From an uncultured Holophagales bacterium (GTDB lineage Bacteria > Acidobacteriota > Thermoanaerobaculia > UBA5066): a stretch of DNA of 62,318 bases. Location: assembly GCA_964384675.1 (NCBI GenBank), contig CAYLNK010000004.1:1-62318 (forward strand). Reading direction: 5' to 3'. Below are positions 35,875-45,577 of the stretch, piece after piece. The notes beneath the pieces were generated by a model, which was not told the DNA's origin, did no database searches, and saw only the letters and a program-made list of their open reading frames with translations. Numbering within the stretch: the stretch's first letter is position 1; the number at the start of each line of letters is the position of its first letter. The position numbers and the translations under genes are program-made.

Positions 35875-37630
35875 TCACGCGGACGCTGAGGTGCCGGCTG
35901 GCGCCGGGGGCGCGACCTCCCGCCCGCGCAGCACGCGCGGCACGACGAGGAGAGCCAGGCCGTAGAGCGCGAACGCCGGGAAGAGCGTCGCGGGGCGGCC
36001 GACGCGAAGGTCCTCGAGCAGGACCTTCGCCCCCGCGGCCACGAGCACGGGGTAGGCCAGCGCGGTCAGCTCGCGCAGGGAGCCGAAGCCGCGGGTCGAG
36101 GCCAGGAGGAGCGCCCCGGTGACGAGCACGCCGGTGCGGACGAGGGCCAGGCGCCCGGCGTCCCCGGACGTGCCCGGCACGGCCGACGCCAGGACCTGGA
36201 TCGCGAGCGCCCCGCCTCCGAGCACCGTCAGGAGCGTGATCACCTGGACGGGGATCCGGGCGGGCCAGGACCGCTCCTTCCCGGGCCGGGAGACCGCCAG
36301 AGCGGCGAGGCTCGCGAACGCGGCACCGAGCACCAGGAGCGCGGACGTCGTGAAGCGGGGGAGCGGGGCGGTCGCGGCCCCCAGGAACGAGCCGAGAGCG
36401 CCCGCGAGGAGCCCGGTCTCGAGCGCGGCCGCGGCGAGGTAGACCGCCGAATGGGAACGGAGCGTCACGCGGTCGAACCGGCCTCCCAGGAACGCCGCGG
36501 CCAGCCCGAGCCCGCCCCAGAAGACGGCGAGGAGCGCGGTCCCCGTGACGAGCTCGCTCGCCGAGAGCGTCAGGACGAGGCCCAGGGAAGAGTAGAAGAG
36601 GAAGTTGCGGGGACCGAGGTCGCGCTCGACGAAGGCGAACGCCACCGCGTAGCAGGCGACGGCGAGCCCGAGCGCGACACCGCCGAGAAGCCCGGCTCCG
36701 AGCCCGGCCGCCTTGGCGACGCGGACCGCGCCGCCGAAGCCGACGAGGAGCGCCGCCACGGTCTGGAAGAGCTCGAACAGCGTCACGTCGCGCCGCTTGG
36801 CGAGCGTCCGCACGGAGAAGCTGCCGAGGTAGACCGCGAAGAGCGCGAGCGCCAGGGCGAGGGACCGCCCGGCGGAGAGCGCGCGGTACTCCTCGGGCGG
36901 GCCGCCCCTCGCCGATACCAGCATCGTGAGAAGGAGGATCGAGGCGTCGGCCGCGAGCGCGAGCGGCCACCTCAGGCCATGCCACCGCTCGCCGTACGTG
37001 AGCCAGAGGACGCCGGCTCCGAGGACCAGGAGGAGGAAGCCGAAGACGTCCAGCGCGCGGGTCGCCACGGCGAGCCCCAGCGATCCCCCGACCGCCCCGA
37101 GGACCGCGGTCCAGGCGAGGCCCTCGAGGTCGCGCCGCCAGGCGACGGCGAGGACGAGAGCGGTGAGGAGGCCGAGCGTTCCGGCCGCCGAGGCGGGCGG
37201 GAGGACGCCGAATCGGGTCGACGCCTCCCAGACCAGCGGGTACCCGATGGCCACCCCGAGGACGCCGTGAACCAGCGCGGTGAGCCGCTCGCCGCGCGCG
37301 CCGGAGCGGTCGGCGAGCGCGATCCAGACGACGGAGTAGACGAGCCCGAGGGCCACCCCGGCCGGCGGGGGGAGCGTCCCCGCGTCGGTGAGCGCCCGCA
37401 CCAAACGCGCCGCCCAGCACCAGGAATCCGCGCCCGACGAGGGAGAGGAGGCTCGCGGCGGAAGGCGCGGCGCCGAGAGCCAGGGGGGGCGCGACCGCGC
37501 CGGCCGCCGGCTCGTCGACCGGGAGGCTCCCGGCCGCCTCCTCCAGCGCGTGGAGCCGGCGCTCGACGGCGCGGAGCGACTCGTTCAGCGCACCGACCTG
37601 GCGCTCGAGCGCGGTGAGCCGGTCCTCCAT
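35875..37630 (-). pseudogene. Multi-pass membrane protein (DUF2339-like) interrupted by a frameshift near 37404
   Basis: ATG 37630 with SD GGAGG gives MEDRLTALERQV...LVGRGFLVLGGAF. The hydrophobic coding frame then continues in another frame (VRALTDAG...) to the stop at 35875. Confidence 0.7.
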
Positions 37631-37759
37631 GACGCCTCCTCCACGGGCACGTGGCGCCCGCCGTGCGGGGCCCCGCATCCGGGCCGGGACCGCCTGCGTC
37701 GTTCCTGGTAGAGGCAAAGCTAGGAGGGAAACGGCCGGCGCGTCTCTGATACAGATCAA

Positions 37760-38641
37760 TCAGACGCGACCGCCGGACCCTCGGGAGACCCGGTCCGGAG
37801 CCTTCCTCCGGAACGCGATCGGCGACATCCCGGCCATCCGGCGGAAGAACCGGCAGAAGTAGGACGGGTCCTGGAAGCCGAGTCCCAGCGCGATCTCGGC
37901 CGCCGCCCGGTCGGAGTACCAGAGGAGGCGCTTGGCCTCCACCATCCGGCGGCTGCTGATCACCGCCTTCGCGCCCGTTCCCAGGCTTCGGCGCGTCGTC
38001 GCGTGGAGGTGCCCCGCGGTGACGCCGAGCGCCCGGGCGTACGTCCCGACGTCGCCGTCCCCACGGAAGCGCCGCTCCACGAGCCCGAGGAACCGCTCCG
38101 CCAGCGGCGCGATCGGGGGTGCGGCGGACGGGCCCTTCTCGCGGACGAAGTGCCGCTGCAGGGTGAGGAGCTCCTCGTGGAGCATGGCTCGGAGGAGGTC
38201 GGGCGAATCCCCTTCGAATCTCCGGAGCTCACCCGCCATGCGCTCGAGCCGGCGCCGGAGCGCCCCGACGTCCCGCGGCCGCAGGTCGAGCGCGAGGTCG
38301 GCCCCCGGCCGGTGGAAGAACGGCAGCCGGTGGAGGAAGAACGGGTCGGCGAAGAACTCCTCCACGAAGTCCCCCGCGAAGAAGAGGCAGAGCCCGTCGA
38401 GGCCGCGGACGTCCCAGAGGCGGACCTGACCTGGCGTGGTGAAGAGGACGCGTCCGGGCCTCACCGCGTAAGCACGGTCGTCCAGCCGGAACGTCCCACG
38501 GCCCCTCGTGACGAGGAGGATGTCGTAGAAGTCCAGGCGGTGCGGCTCGTGGCCGGGCACGAAGAGCTCACGCACCCGACCGACGTCGATCAGGAGCTCG
38601 GGGCCGTACTTGCGGCGCGCGAAGGCGACCTTCCGGACCAA
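37760..38641 (-). CDS. AraC family transcriptional regulator
   Basis: PHRLDFYDILLVTRGRG cupin domain; C-terminal YARALGVTAGHL, AKRLLWYSD, IALGLGFQDPSYFCRFFRRMAGMSP. TTG start. Confidence 0.93.
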   Translation of the reverse strand: MVRKVAFARRKYGPELLIDVGRVRELFVPGHEPHRLDFYDILLVTRGRGTFRLDDRAYAVRPGRVLFTTPGQVRLWDVRGLDGLCLFFAGDFVEEFFADPFFLHRLPFFHRPGADLALDLRPRDVGALRRRLERMAGELRRFEGDSPDLLRAMLHEELLTLQRHFVREKGPSAAPPIAPLAERFLGLVERRFRGDGDVGTYARALGVTAGHLHATTRRSLGTGAKAVISSRRMVEAKRLLWYSDRAAAEIALGLGFQDPSYFCRFFRRMAGMSPIAFRRKAPDRVSRGSGGRV

Positions 38642-38726
38642 TCCGTGAAAAGTACCATCCTCGCGGCGATCCCTCCCTTACGCCGCCGACGCCGCGTTCC
38701 GATACTCCGCGCCGGAGGTCCATCCG

Positions 38727-39887
38727 ATGCTCACTGCCCCCGTCCTCGCCCTCGTCGCGGCCGTCGCAGCCGCCGCAGACGTCGCGGCCGACGTCCCGGC
38801 CCGTGCCCTTCCCCTCGACACCGGCTGGGACTCGACCGGCGAGGTGCGCGTGGAGCCGTACCTGGGGAAGCCGGCCCTGCGGTTCCGTACCGGCCGCGCC
38901 GTACGCCGCGACGTGGCGTTCGCGGACGGCACGATCGACGCGCTCGTGGCCGTGAGCGGCCGCCGGTCGTTCGCCTATCTCCAGTTCCGCATGCAGGGCG
39001 ACGAGGAGCACGAGGAGTTCTACCTCCGCCCGCACAAGAGCGCGCTCCCGGATTCGCTCCAGTACGCGCCGGTCTTCAAGGGGGAGAGCTACTGGCAGTT
39101 CTTCCACGGACCGGGAGGGACTGCCGCCGTGGAGATCCCGCGCGACCGCTGGGTGCCGGTGCGCGTCGTGGTGAGCGGCGGCAAGGCCGCCCTCTTCGTC
39201 GACGACCTGACGACGCCGCGCCTCGTCGTCCCCCGGCTCGCGCGCGACCCGGCCAAGGGCTACCTGGCGCTCCGGGGCTTCGTCCCGCCCGGGAGCGCGC
39301 CGGACGGTGAGCGGCCGGTGAGCTTCGCCGAGGTGACGGTGCGACCCGGGTTCGTCCCGTTCGACTTCTCGAAGGTCACGGCTCCGGCAGCCCCGTCCGG
39401 CACCATCGAACGCTGGGCCGTCTCGCGCTCGTTCACGCCGCCGCCGGGACCGGTGCGAGCCCCGCTGCCGGACGTGATCGGGGGAGGCGGCTTCACGAAC
39501 CTCTCCGCGGATGCCAGCGGCCGCCTGCTGCTGTTCCGGGATCGGGCCCGTCTCGCGCCTCGGGACCGGGTGGCCGTCTTCGCCCGGGTCGTGCTCGAGG
39601 CCCCGGACGAGGGGGTGCGGCGGCTGAACCTCGCCTTCAGCGACGAGGTGACGGTCTTCGTGAACGGACAGCCGCTCTTCTCGGGCGACGCCAGCTATCA
39701 CTTCGATGACCCACGACAGGACGGGGTCGTCTCGCTCTCACAGGCCACCGTCTACCTGCCGCTCCGGAAGGGCCGCAACGAGCTGCTCCTCGCCGTCGCG
39801 GACGTCTTCGGCGGCTGGGGCTTCGCCGGCCAGCTGGAGGCCGCCGAGGGCGTGAAGGTCTTCGCGGAGGCGGTAGCGGCCCGGTAG
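38727..39887 (+). CDS. Secreted hypothetical protein (ConA/DUF1080-like N-domain + jelly-roll C-domain)
   Basis: Signal peptide; FADGTIDALV, EEFYLRPHKS, LQYAPVF, W..VRVVVSG; C-terminal FSDEVTVFVNG..LRKGRNELL. Divergent from AraC. Confidence 0.7.
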   Translation: MLTAPVLALVAAVAAAADVAADVPARALPLDTGWDSTGEVRVEPYLGKPALRFRTGRAVRRDVAFADGTIDALVAVSGRRSFAYLQFRMQGDEEHEEFYLRPHKSALPDSLQYAPVFKGESYWQFFHGPGGTAAVEIPRDRWVPVRVVVSGGKAALFVDDLTTPRLVVPRLARDPAKGYLALRGFVPPGSAPDGERPVSFAEVTVRPGFVPFDFSKVTAPAAPSGTIERWAVSRSFTPPPGPVRAPLPDVIGGGGFTNLSADASGRLLLFRDRARLAPRDRVAVFARVVLEAPDEGVRRLNLAFSDEVTVFVNGQPLFSGDASYHFDDPRQDGVVSLSQATVYLPLRKGRNELLLAVADVFGGWGFAGQLEAAEGVKVFAEAVAAR

Positions 39888-39894
39888 GCGCCGA

Positions 39895-40353
39895 TCAGGG
39901 CCGGGGTCGGCCGCCCCCGGCATTCGCCGGCCCTCCGGTCTCGAGGCACCCGGCGTAGAACGGCCGCAGCTCGTTCACCTCGAACGTGAAGAGCCCGGCA
40001 AGAACGCCCGGATCGGAGGCGATCTCCGTGCGTGCGGCGGCCTCAGACCCGGCGTGAAGGACGATCATCCCCTTGTCGGCGTAGCGGGCGCCGAGCGCGA
40101 TCCGTCCCTCGTCGCGGAGCCGCTTCAGGTTCCGTCCGTGCTCGTGGAAGCCGGCCTGCTCGGCGGGGGGCTTCGCGCGGTCCCAGGCGGGACCGAGGGA
40201 GAAGACGACGAGGTAGGCCGCCGTCGCGCGCGGCGCCTCGGCGGGGGCGGCCTTCGGCGCTTCGGGCGGGAACGCTGGCTCCTGGGCGGCGAGCGGGAAC
40301 GGCACGGCCGCGAAGAGAAGGGCCAGGACGCCTCCGGCCACGATCGATCTCAT
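39895..40353 (-). CDS. Secreted YciI/YCII-like protein
   Basis: Signal peptide, then AYLVVFSLGPAWD...EHGRNLKRLRDEG..A..DPGV..FEV. ATG 40353. Confidence 0.7.
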   Translation of the reverse strand: MRSIVAGGVLALLFAAVPFPLAAQEPAFPPEAPKAAPAEAPRATAAYLVVFSLGPAWDRAKPPAEQAGFHEHGRNLKRLRDEGRIALGARYADKGMIVLHAGSEAAARTEIASDPGVLAGLFTFEVNELRPFYAGCLETGGPANAGGGRPRP

Positions 40354-40471
40354 GGTGACTCTCCTCCGCCCTGCGGGCGTACCGGTCGTACGGCGCGCGA
40401 TCGTACCGGGCTCGAGGCGCTCCGGATCGCCTGCGGCCCGTGCGCCCGGGGGGCCGGCGGCTCCTATCGAG

Positions 40472-41125
40472 TCAGCGAAGCAGCCGCACCACGTCGACGA
40501 TGGAGTAGCGCTCGTACTCGGCGATGCCGAGCTCGGCGAGGAGCGCGTCGTGCGCCTCGTCGGCGCGGAGCCGGATGAGCTTGCGCGTGTACGCCCGTCC
40601 GATCTCGTCGCGGGGGCGGCGCGCCTCCTCGTCCTCCTTCCGCCGCAGGAAGGCGAGCGCCGCCGCGTCGTCCCAGAACGCGGCCTCGGGATAGAGGAAG
40701 CGTCCGTCACCGAACGCGGTCTCGTAGAGGTCCTCGAAGAGGACGAGGTGCACGCTCGCCTCTCTCCGGGGACGGCTCCTCAGCTCGCCGAGGACCGGGG
40801 CGGGCACGTCGCGGAGATCGAGGCGGGCGGCGAAGCCGTCCCGCCACGCCACGGCCGGCGTCGCCGCGAGCCGGTCCGTCGGAGGCGCCGGGATGCCGCG
40901 GCGCGCCAGATCCTCGGGCGCGAGGCGCGCGGCCCGGTGCTGCCGGTGGACGAGCTGGTGATACGCGTCCCAGTCGGTGCCGCCGCGCGGAAGGACGCTC
41001 CAGCCGGACCCCGCGCGAAAGACCAGCAGCCCGCCCCCAGCGCCGTCCGCGCCGTCCGCGAATGCGACGACGGTCCCGTCGTCCGTCTCGTAGGGCTGGA
41101 GGCTGCCCTCGGTCCACCGATCCAT
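40472..41125 (-). CDS. Hypothetical protein
   Basis: 217-aa ORF with normal amino-acid composition; CATACT hexamer 7 nt before the ATG. Confidence 0.7.
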   Translation of the reverse strand: MDRWTEGSLQPYETDDGTVVAFADGADGAGGGLLVFRAGSGWSVLPRGGTDWDAYHQLVHRQHRAARLAPEDLARRGIPAPPTDRLAATPAVAWRDGFAARLDLRDVPAPVLGELRSRPRREASVHLVLFEDLYETAFGDGRFLYPEAAFWDDAAALAFLRRKEDEEARRPRDEIGRAYTRKLIRLRADEAHDALLAELGIAEYERYSIVDVVRLLR

Positions 41126-41153
41126 CCCCGCGAGTATGGCGCGGGTCCGCCGA

Positions 41154-43613
41154 TCAGCGGGGCCGCGCCTGGTGCTGGGAGAAGCCGATCCTCACGCCCG
41201 CGCCCAGGCCCACGCTTCCGGTACCCGGCTCGTGCCGCCGCCACTCGAGCTCCGCCTCCAGTCCGGCCAGCCAGGGCAGCTCCTCGACGAGCTGCGACAT
41301 CCGGCCGAGGAGCTCCTCGACGCCGCAACCGGTCGGGAGCTCGGCAGTCTCCACGATCTCGCGCACGTCGTTGTCGGTCAGCGGCGTGATGCGGACGACC
41401 GGCTCCCGGGCCCCGTGGCCGACGCGGATCAGCGGTCCGAAGCTCGGGTCCGAGCGCACCTGGAGCGCCGCGTGCGCGGCGCCCTCGGCGGCGCGCTCGC
41501 CACCTGGCGAGGGCCCGGCGGGAGCGGCGACGTGGATGCCGAAACGCGCGAGCAGGCTCCGGGCCGGCTCGCCCTCGAGCCACAGCACGTCGGTCGTGGA
41601 CGCGTCCAGGAGCGCGGTCAGCTCCTGCCGGGCGGCGCCGGCGTCGACGTCCTCGTACCAGTGGTGGAGGCCGCCCGGCCTCGCGCGGAACGCGGCGTAT
41701 TGCACGGCGCGCGACAGCGCCAGCGCCGCGGACTCGGGAAACCGGTACGACGGGAAGACGTGGCGCGAGGCGACCCTTCGGCCGTTGGCGCCGACGTCGA
41801 GCTTCACGACGCCCGCCTTCCCCATCAGGCAGAGGAGCGCGGGCTTGGCGACGCCCGTCTCGCGCTCGGCGCGCAGCACCCCGCGTCGGATCCCGCGTCC
41901 CACCGCCTGCGGGTCGCAGCTGCCGACGCACGCATAGATGGCGATGATCGCGTCCACGTCCGGGTGGGCGATCGCGCGCCGCACCGCGTCCTCGTACGCT
42001 TCCACGGTGACCAGCGGTCCGAGGTCCAGGAGACCCGGCCCGGAGATCGTGAGTCCGTGCGCCTCGCAGGCGTCGGCGCAGATCGTGAGGACCCCGCCGG
42101 AGTTGCTGACGACCGCGACCCGGTTGCCGCGCGGGAGCGGCTGGCAGGCCAGGAGGACCGCGACGTCGAACATCTCCTCCAGGGTCTCGGCGCGGATCAC
42201 GCCGGCCTGGCGGAACAGCACGTCGACGGCGGTGTCGCTCTGCGCCACGGCGCCGATGTGCGCCCGGGCCACGTCGCGCCCGGCCCGGCTGCGGGCGCTC
42301 TTCACGCAGAGGATCGGCTTCCGGTACGACAGGCGCCGGGCGATGCGGGCGAAGCGGCGCGCGTTGCCGAACGTCTCGAGGTAGAGGAGGGCCACGTCGG
42401 TGGAGGAATCCTCCTCCCAGAACTGGAGGAGGTCGTTGCCGGAGACGTCGGCGCGGTTGCCCGCCGAGACGAAGGTGGAGAAGCCGAGCCCGCGCTCGCC
42501 GGCGTAGTCGAGGATCACCATCCCGAGGGCCGCCGAGTGCGAATAGAACCCGATGCGGCCCCGCGGCGGCATCGACGGCGCGAGGCTCGCGTTGAGGCTC
42601 ACGTCGGGGTGCGTGTTCATCAGCCCCAGGCAGTTGGGGCCCACGAGGCGCGCGCCGTGCGAGCGCACCAGGTCGACCAGCTCCTTCTGGGACGCCGCCC
42701 CCTCGGGGCCGCTCTCCGCGAAGCCCGAGGTGACGACCAGGAAGCTCTTCGTCCCCGCGTGGAGGGCCGCCTCGACCACCTCGAGCACCTTGCCCGCCGG
42801 GACCGCCACGACCGCGAGATCCACGGGCTCCGGCAGGTCGGCGATGGACGGGTACGCCCGCACCCCGTTGACGGACGTCGTCTGGTTGTTGACCGGGTAG
42901 ACGGTGCCGGCGAAGTTGCCGCGCAGGATGCCGCGAAAAATCATGCTGCCGACGGCCGAAGGATCGCGCGAGGCGCCCACCACCGCCACGGCCCGCGGCT
43001 GGAGGAGCGGCACGAGCGAATTGGCGACCGCGATCCGATCCCGCAGCTCCACCCGCTCGCGCAGCGACGCCACGCCGGTGACCGGGAACTGGACGTGGAC
43101 ACAGCCGCCCCCGCCGCCCGCCTGGCACACCTCGAACCCGGAGTCGCGGAAGACGTTGATCATCGACTGGTTCTCGTACAGGACCTCGGCCTCGAAGCCG
43201 ACGAAGCCCTGCCCGGCGGCGATCCCGGCGAGCCGCTCCAGGAGGAGGGTGCTGATCCCGCGGCCCTGGAAGTCGTCGTGGACGAGGAACGCCACCTCGG
43301 CCTTGCCGCCGACGCCGAGCGACATGTAGTTGCCGATCCCGATGACCCGGATGTCCGGCTCCTGCCCCACGATGGCCAGGATCCCCAGCCGGTCGCGCGG
43401 CTCGACCGAGCACATGAACTCGATCACGCTCTTCGCCACGTAGGAGACGCCCCCCATGAAACGCGTGTGGAGGCTCTCCTTCGAGACGGTGCGCATGAGC
43501 GACTCGACCGCCGGCACGTCGTCCTTCGTCGCGGTGCGCAGGAGGACGCTCTCCCCGTTCCGGAGGAGGGCGTACTCGGTGAAGGTCTCGGCTTCCGGGA
43601 TGATCCTGAACAT
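41154..43613 (-). CDS. Pat-type protein lysine acetyltransferase: N-terminal GNAT + CoA-binding + NDP-forming acyl-CoA synthetase-like domains
   Basis: GNAT AEVAFLVHDDFQGRGIS; AVAVVGASRD, VYPVN, RLVGPNCLG, SAGNRADVS, LYLETFGN, GNRVAVVSNSGG. Confidence 0.88.
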   Translation of the reverse strand: MFRIIPEAETFTEYALLRNGESVLLRTATKDDVPAVESLMRTVSKESLHTRFMGGVSYVAKSVIEFMCSVEPRDRLGILAIVGQEPDIRVIGIGNYMSLGVGGKAEVAFLVHDDFQGRGISTLLLERLAGIAAGQGFVGFEAEVLYENQSMINVFRDSGFEVCQAGGGGGCVHVQFPVTGVASLRERVELRDRIAVANSLVPLLQPRAVAVVGASRDPSAVGSMIFRGILRGNFAGTVYPVNNQTTSVNGVRAYPSIADLPEPVDLAVVAVPAGKVLEVVEAALHAGTKSFLVVTSGFAESGPEGAASQKELVDLVRSHGARLVGPNCLGLMNTHPDVSLNASLAPSMPPRGRIGFYSHSAALGMVILDYAGERGLGFSTFVSAGNRADVSGNDLLQFWEEDSSTDVALLYLETFGNARRFARIARRLSYRKPILCVKSARSRAGRDVARAHIGAVAQSDTAVDVLFRQAGVIRAETLEEMFDVAVLLACQPLPRGNRVAVVSNSGGVLTICADACEAHGLTISGPGLLDLGPLVTVEAYEDAVRRAIAHPDVDAIIAIYACVGSCDPQAVGRGIRRGVLRAERETGVAKPALLCLMGKAGVVKLDVGANGRRVASRHVFPSYRFPESAALALSRAVQYAAFRARPGGLHHWYEDVDAGAARQELTALLDASTTDVLWLEGEPARSLLARFGIHVAAPAGPSPGGERAAEGAAHAALQVRSDPSFGPLIRVGHGAREPVVRITPLTDNDVREIVETAELPTGCGVEELLGRMSQLVEELPWLAGLEAELEWRRHEPGTGSVGLGAGVRIGFSQHQARPR

Positions 43614-43643
43614 CTCGCCTCTTGCCGAAGGCCGCTCAGCCCG

Positions 43644-45548
43644 TCACGCCTTCGCCTTCGGATAGCCCATCGAACGGAGCGCCTCGCCGATCTCGTCGAG
43701 GATCGCCGGGTCGTCGATGGTGGCCGGCGGCAGGTACGGGAGACCGTCGGCGATCTTCTTGATGGTGCCCCGGAGGATCTTGCCCGAGCGGGTCTTCGGG
43801 AGACGCTTGACGACGAGCGCGATCTTGAACGCGGCGACCGGGCCGATCGTCTCCCGCACCTTCTGCGTCAGCTCGGCCACCAGGTCGGCCTCGCTCCGCG
43901 TGACCCCCGCCTTGGTGACGACGAAGCCGATGGGGATCTCCCCCTTGATCTCGTCGCTCACGCCGACGACGGCGCATTCGGCGACGTCCGGGTGCGAGGC
44001 CAGGACCTCCTCCATCCCTCCGGTCGAGAGGCGGTGCCCCGCGACGTTGATGATGTCGTCGACGCGGCTCATGATGTAGAGGTAGTCGTCCTCGTCCTTG
44101 TAGCCGGCGTCGGCCGTCAGGTAGTAGCCGGGGAACGCCTCGAGGTACGACCGCTGGAAGCCGGCGTCGTTGCTCCAGAGCGTGGGCAGGCAGCCGGGCG
44201 GGAGCGGCAGCTTGACGACGATCGTGCCGATCTGGTCGTGGGTGAGCTCCTTCCCGTCGTTGCCGAGGACCTGTACGTCGTAGCCCGGGACCGCCCTCGT
44301 GGGCGATCCGGCCTTCACCGGGAGCATCCCCAGGCCCAGGCAGTTGGCGGCGATCGGCCAGCCCGTCTCGGTCTGCCACCAGTGGTCGATCACGGGCACG
44401 CCGAGGTTCCGCTCGGCCCAGTGGAGCGTGTCGGGGTCGCACCGCTCGCCGGCCAGGAAGAGGGTGCGGAACCGCGACAGGTCGTGGCGCGGGATGTGGC
44501 TGCCCGTCGGGTCGTCCCGCTTGATGGCGCGGAAGGCCGTCGGCGCGGTGAAGAGGACGTTCACGCCGTGCTGGGACGCCACCCGCCAGAACGCGCCCGG
44601 GTCGGGCGTCCCCACCGGCTTCCCTTCGTAGAGGATCGTCGTGCAGCCCTTCAGGAGCGGTCCGTAGACGATGTACGAGTGCCCCACGACCCAGCCGATG
44701 TCGGAGGCGGCCCAGTACACCTCGCCCGCGCCCACCCCGTAGATGCTCTCCATGCTCCACTTCAGGGCGACGGCGTGCCCGCCGTTGTCCCGCACGACGC
44801 CCTTCGGGATGCCGGTCGTGCCGGACGTGTAGAGGATGTAGAGCGGGTCGGTGGCGGCGACGGGGACGCAGCCCGCGGGCTCGGCGCCGGCGAGGAACTC
44901 GCCCCATTCGAAGTCGCGGCCCGGCACGAGCGTGGCCTCCACCTGGGGCCTTTGGAGGATCACGCAGCCGGACGGCTTGTGGCTCGCGAGCTCGATGGCC
45001 TGGTCCAGCATCGGCTTGTACGGGATCACCCTTCCCGGCTCGATGCCGCAGGAGGCCGACAGGATGAGCTTCGGCCGGGCGTCGTCGATGCGGGTCGCGA
45101 GCTCCTTGGGGGCGAACCCGCCGAAGACCACGGAGTGGACCGCGCCGAGCCGGGCGCACGCCAGCATGGCGATGACGGCCTCCGGCACCATCGGCATGTA
45201 GAGGACGACGCGGTCGCCCTTGACCACGCCCAGGCGCCGGAGCGCGCCGGCGCAGAGGGCGACGTCGTCGCGAAGCTCCGCGTACGTGTAGGTCCGGAGC
45301 GTTCCCGTGAGCGGGCTGTCGTAGATCAGCGCCCGCTGCCGGCCCCGCCCGCGCTCGACGTGGAAGTCGAGCGCGTTGTAGCAGGTGTTGAGCATCCCTC
45401 CTCCGAACCAGCGATAGAACGGGGGGGTCGAGTCGTCGAGGACGCGGTCCCAGCGCCGGTCCCAGTGAAGGGCCTCGGCCGCCTGGCCCCAGAAGCCGGC
45501 GGGGTCCTTCAGGGAGCGCTCGTACGCGGCGTCGTAGGTGCTGGCCAT
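43644..45548 (-). CDS. prpE: Propionyl-CoA synthetase-like AMP-forming acyl-CoA ligase
   Basis: YILYTSGTTGIPKG, ASDIGWVVGHSY, DHWWQTETG, SRVDDIINVAGHRLS, PKTRSGKILR (acetylatable Lys at 43779-43781). Could be an ACSS3-like paralog rather than a true PrpE. Confidence 0.8.
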   Translation of the reverse strand: MASTYDAAYERSLKDPAGFWGQAAEALHWDRRWDRVLDDSTPPFYRWFGGGMLNTCYNALDFHVERGRGRQRALIYDSPLTGTLRTYTYAELRDDVALCAGALRRLGVVKGDRVVLYMPMVPEAVIAMLACARLGAVHSVVFGGFAPKELATRIDDARPKLILSASCGIEPGRVIPYKPMLDQAIELASHKPSGCVILQRPQVEATLVPGRDFEWGEFLAGAEPAGCVPVAATDPLYILYTSGTTGIPKGVVRDNGGHAVALKWSMESIYGVGAGEVYWAASDIGWVVGHSYIVYGPLLKGCTTILYEGKPVGTPDPGAFWRVASQHGVNVLFTAPTAFRAIKRDDPTGSHIPRHDLSRFRTLFLAGERCDPDTLHWAERNLGVPVIDHWWQTETGWPIAANCLGLGMLPVKAGSPTRAVPGYDVQVLGNDGKELTHDQIGTIVVKLPLPPGCLPTLWSNDAGFQRSYLEAFPGYYLTADAGYKDEDDYLYIMSRVDDIINVAGHRLSTGGMEEVLASHPDVAECAVVGVSDEIKGEIPIGFVVTKAGVTRSEADLVAELTQKVRETIGPVAAFKIALVVKRLPKTRSGKILRGTIKKIADGLPYLPPATIDDPAILDEIGEALRSMGYPKAKA

Positions 45549-45577
45549 GGGGTCCTCCTGAAGATGTCGGTTCCGGG

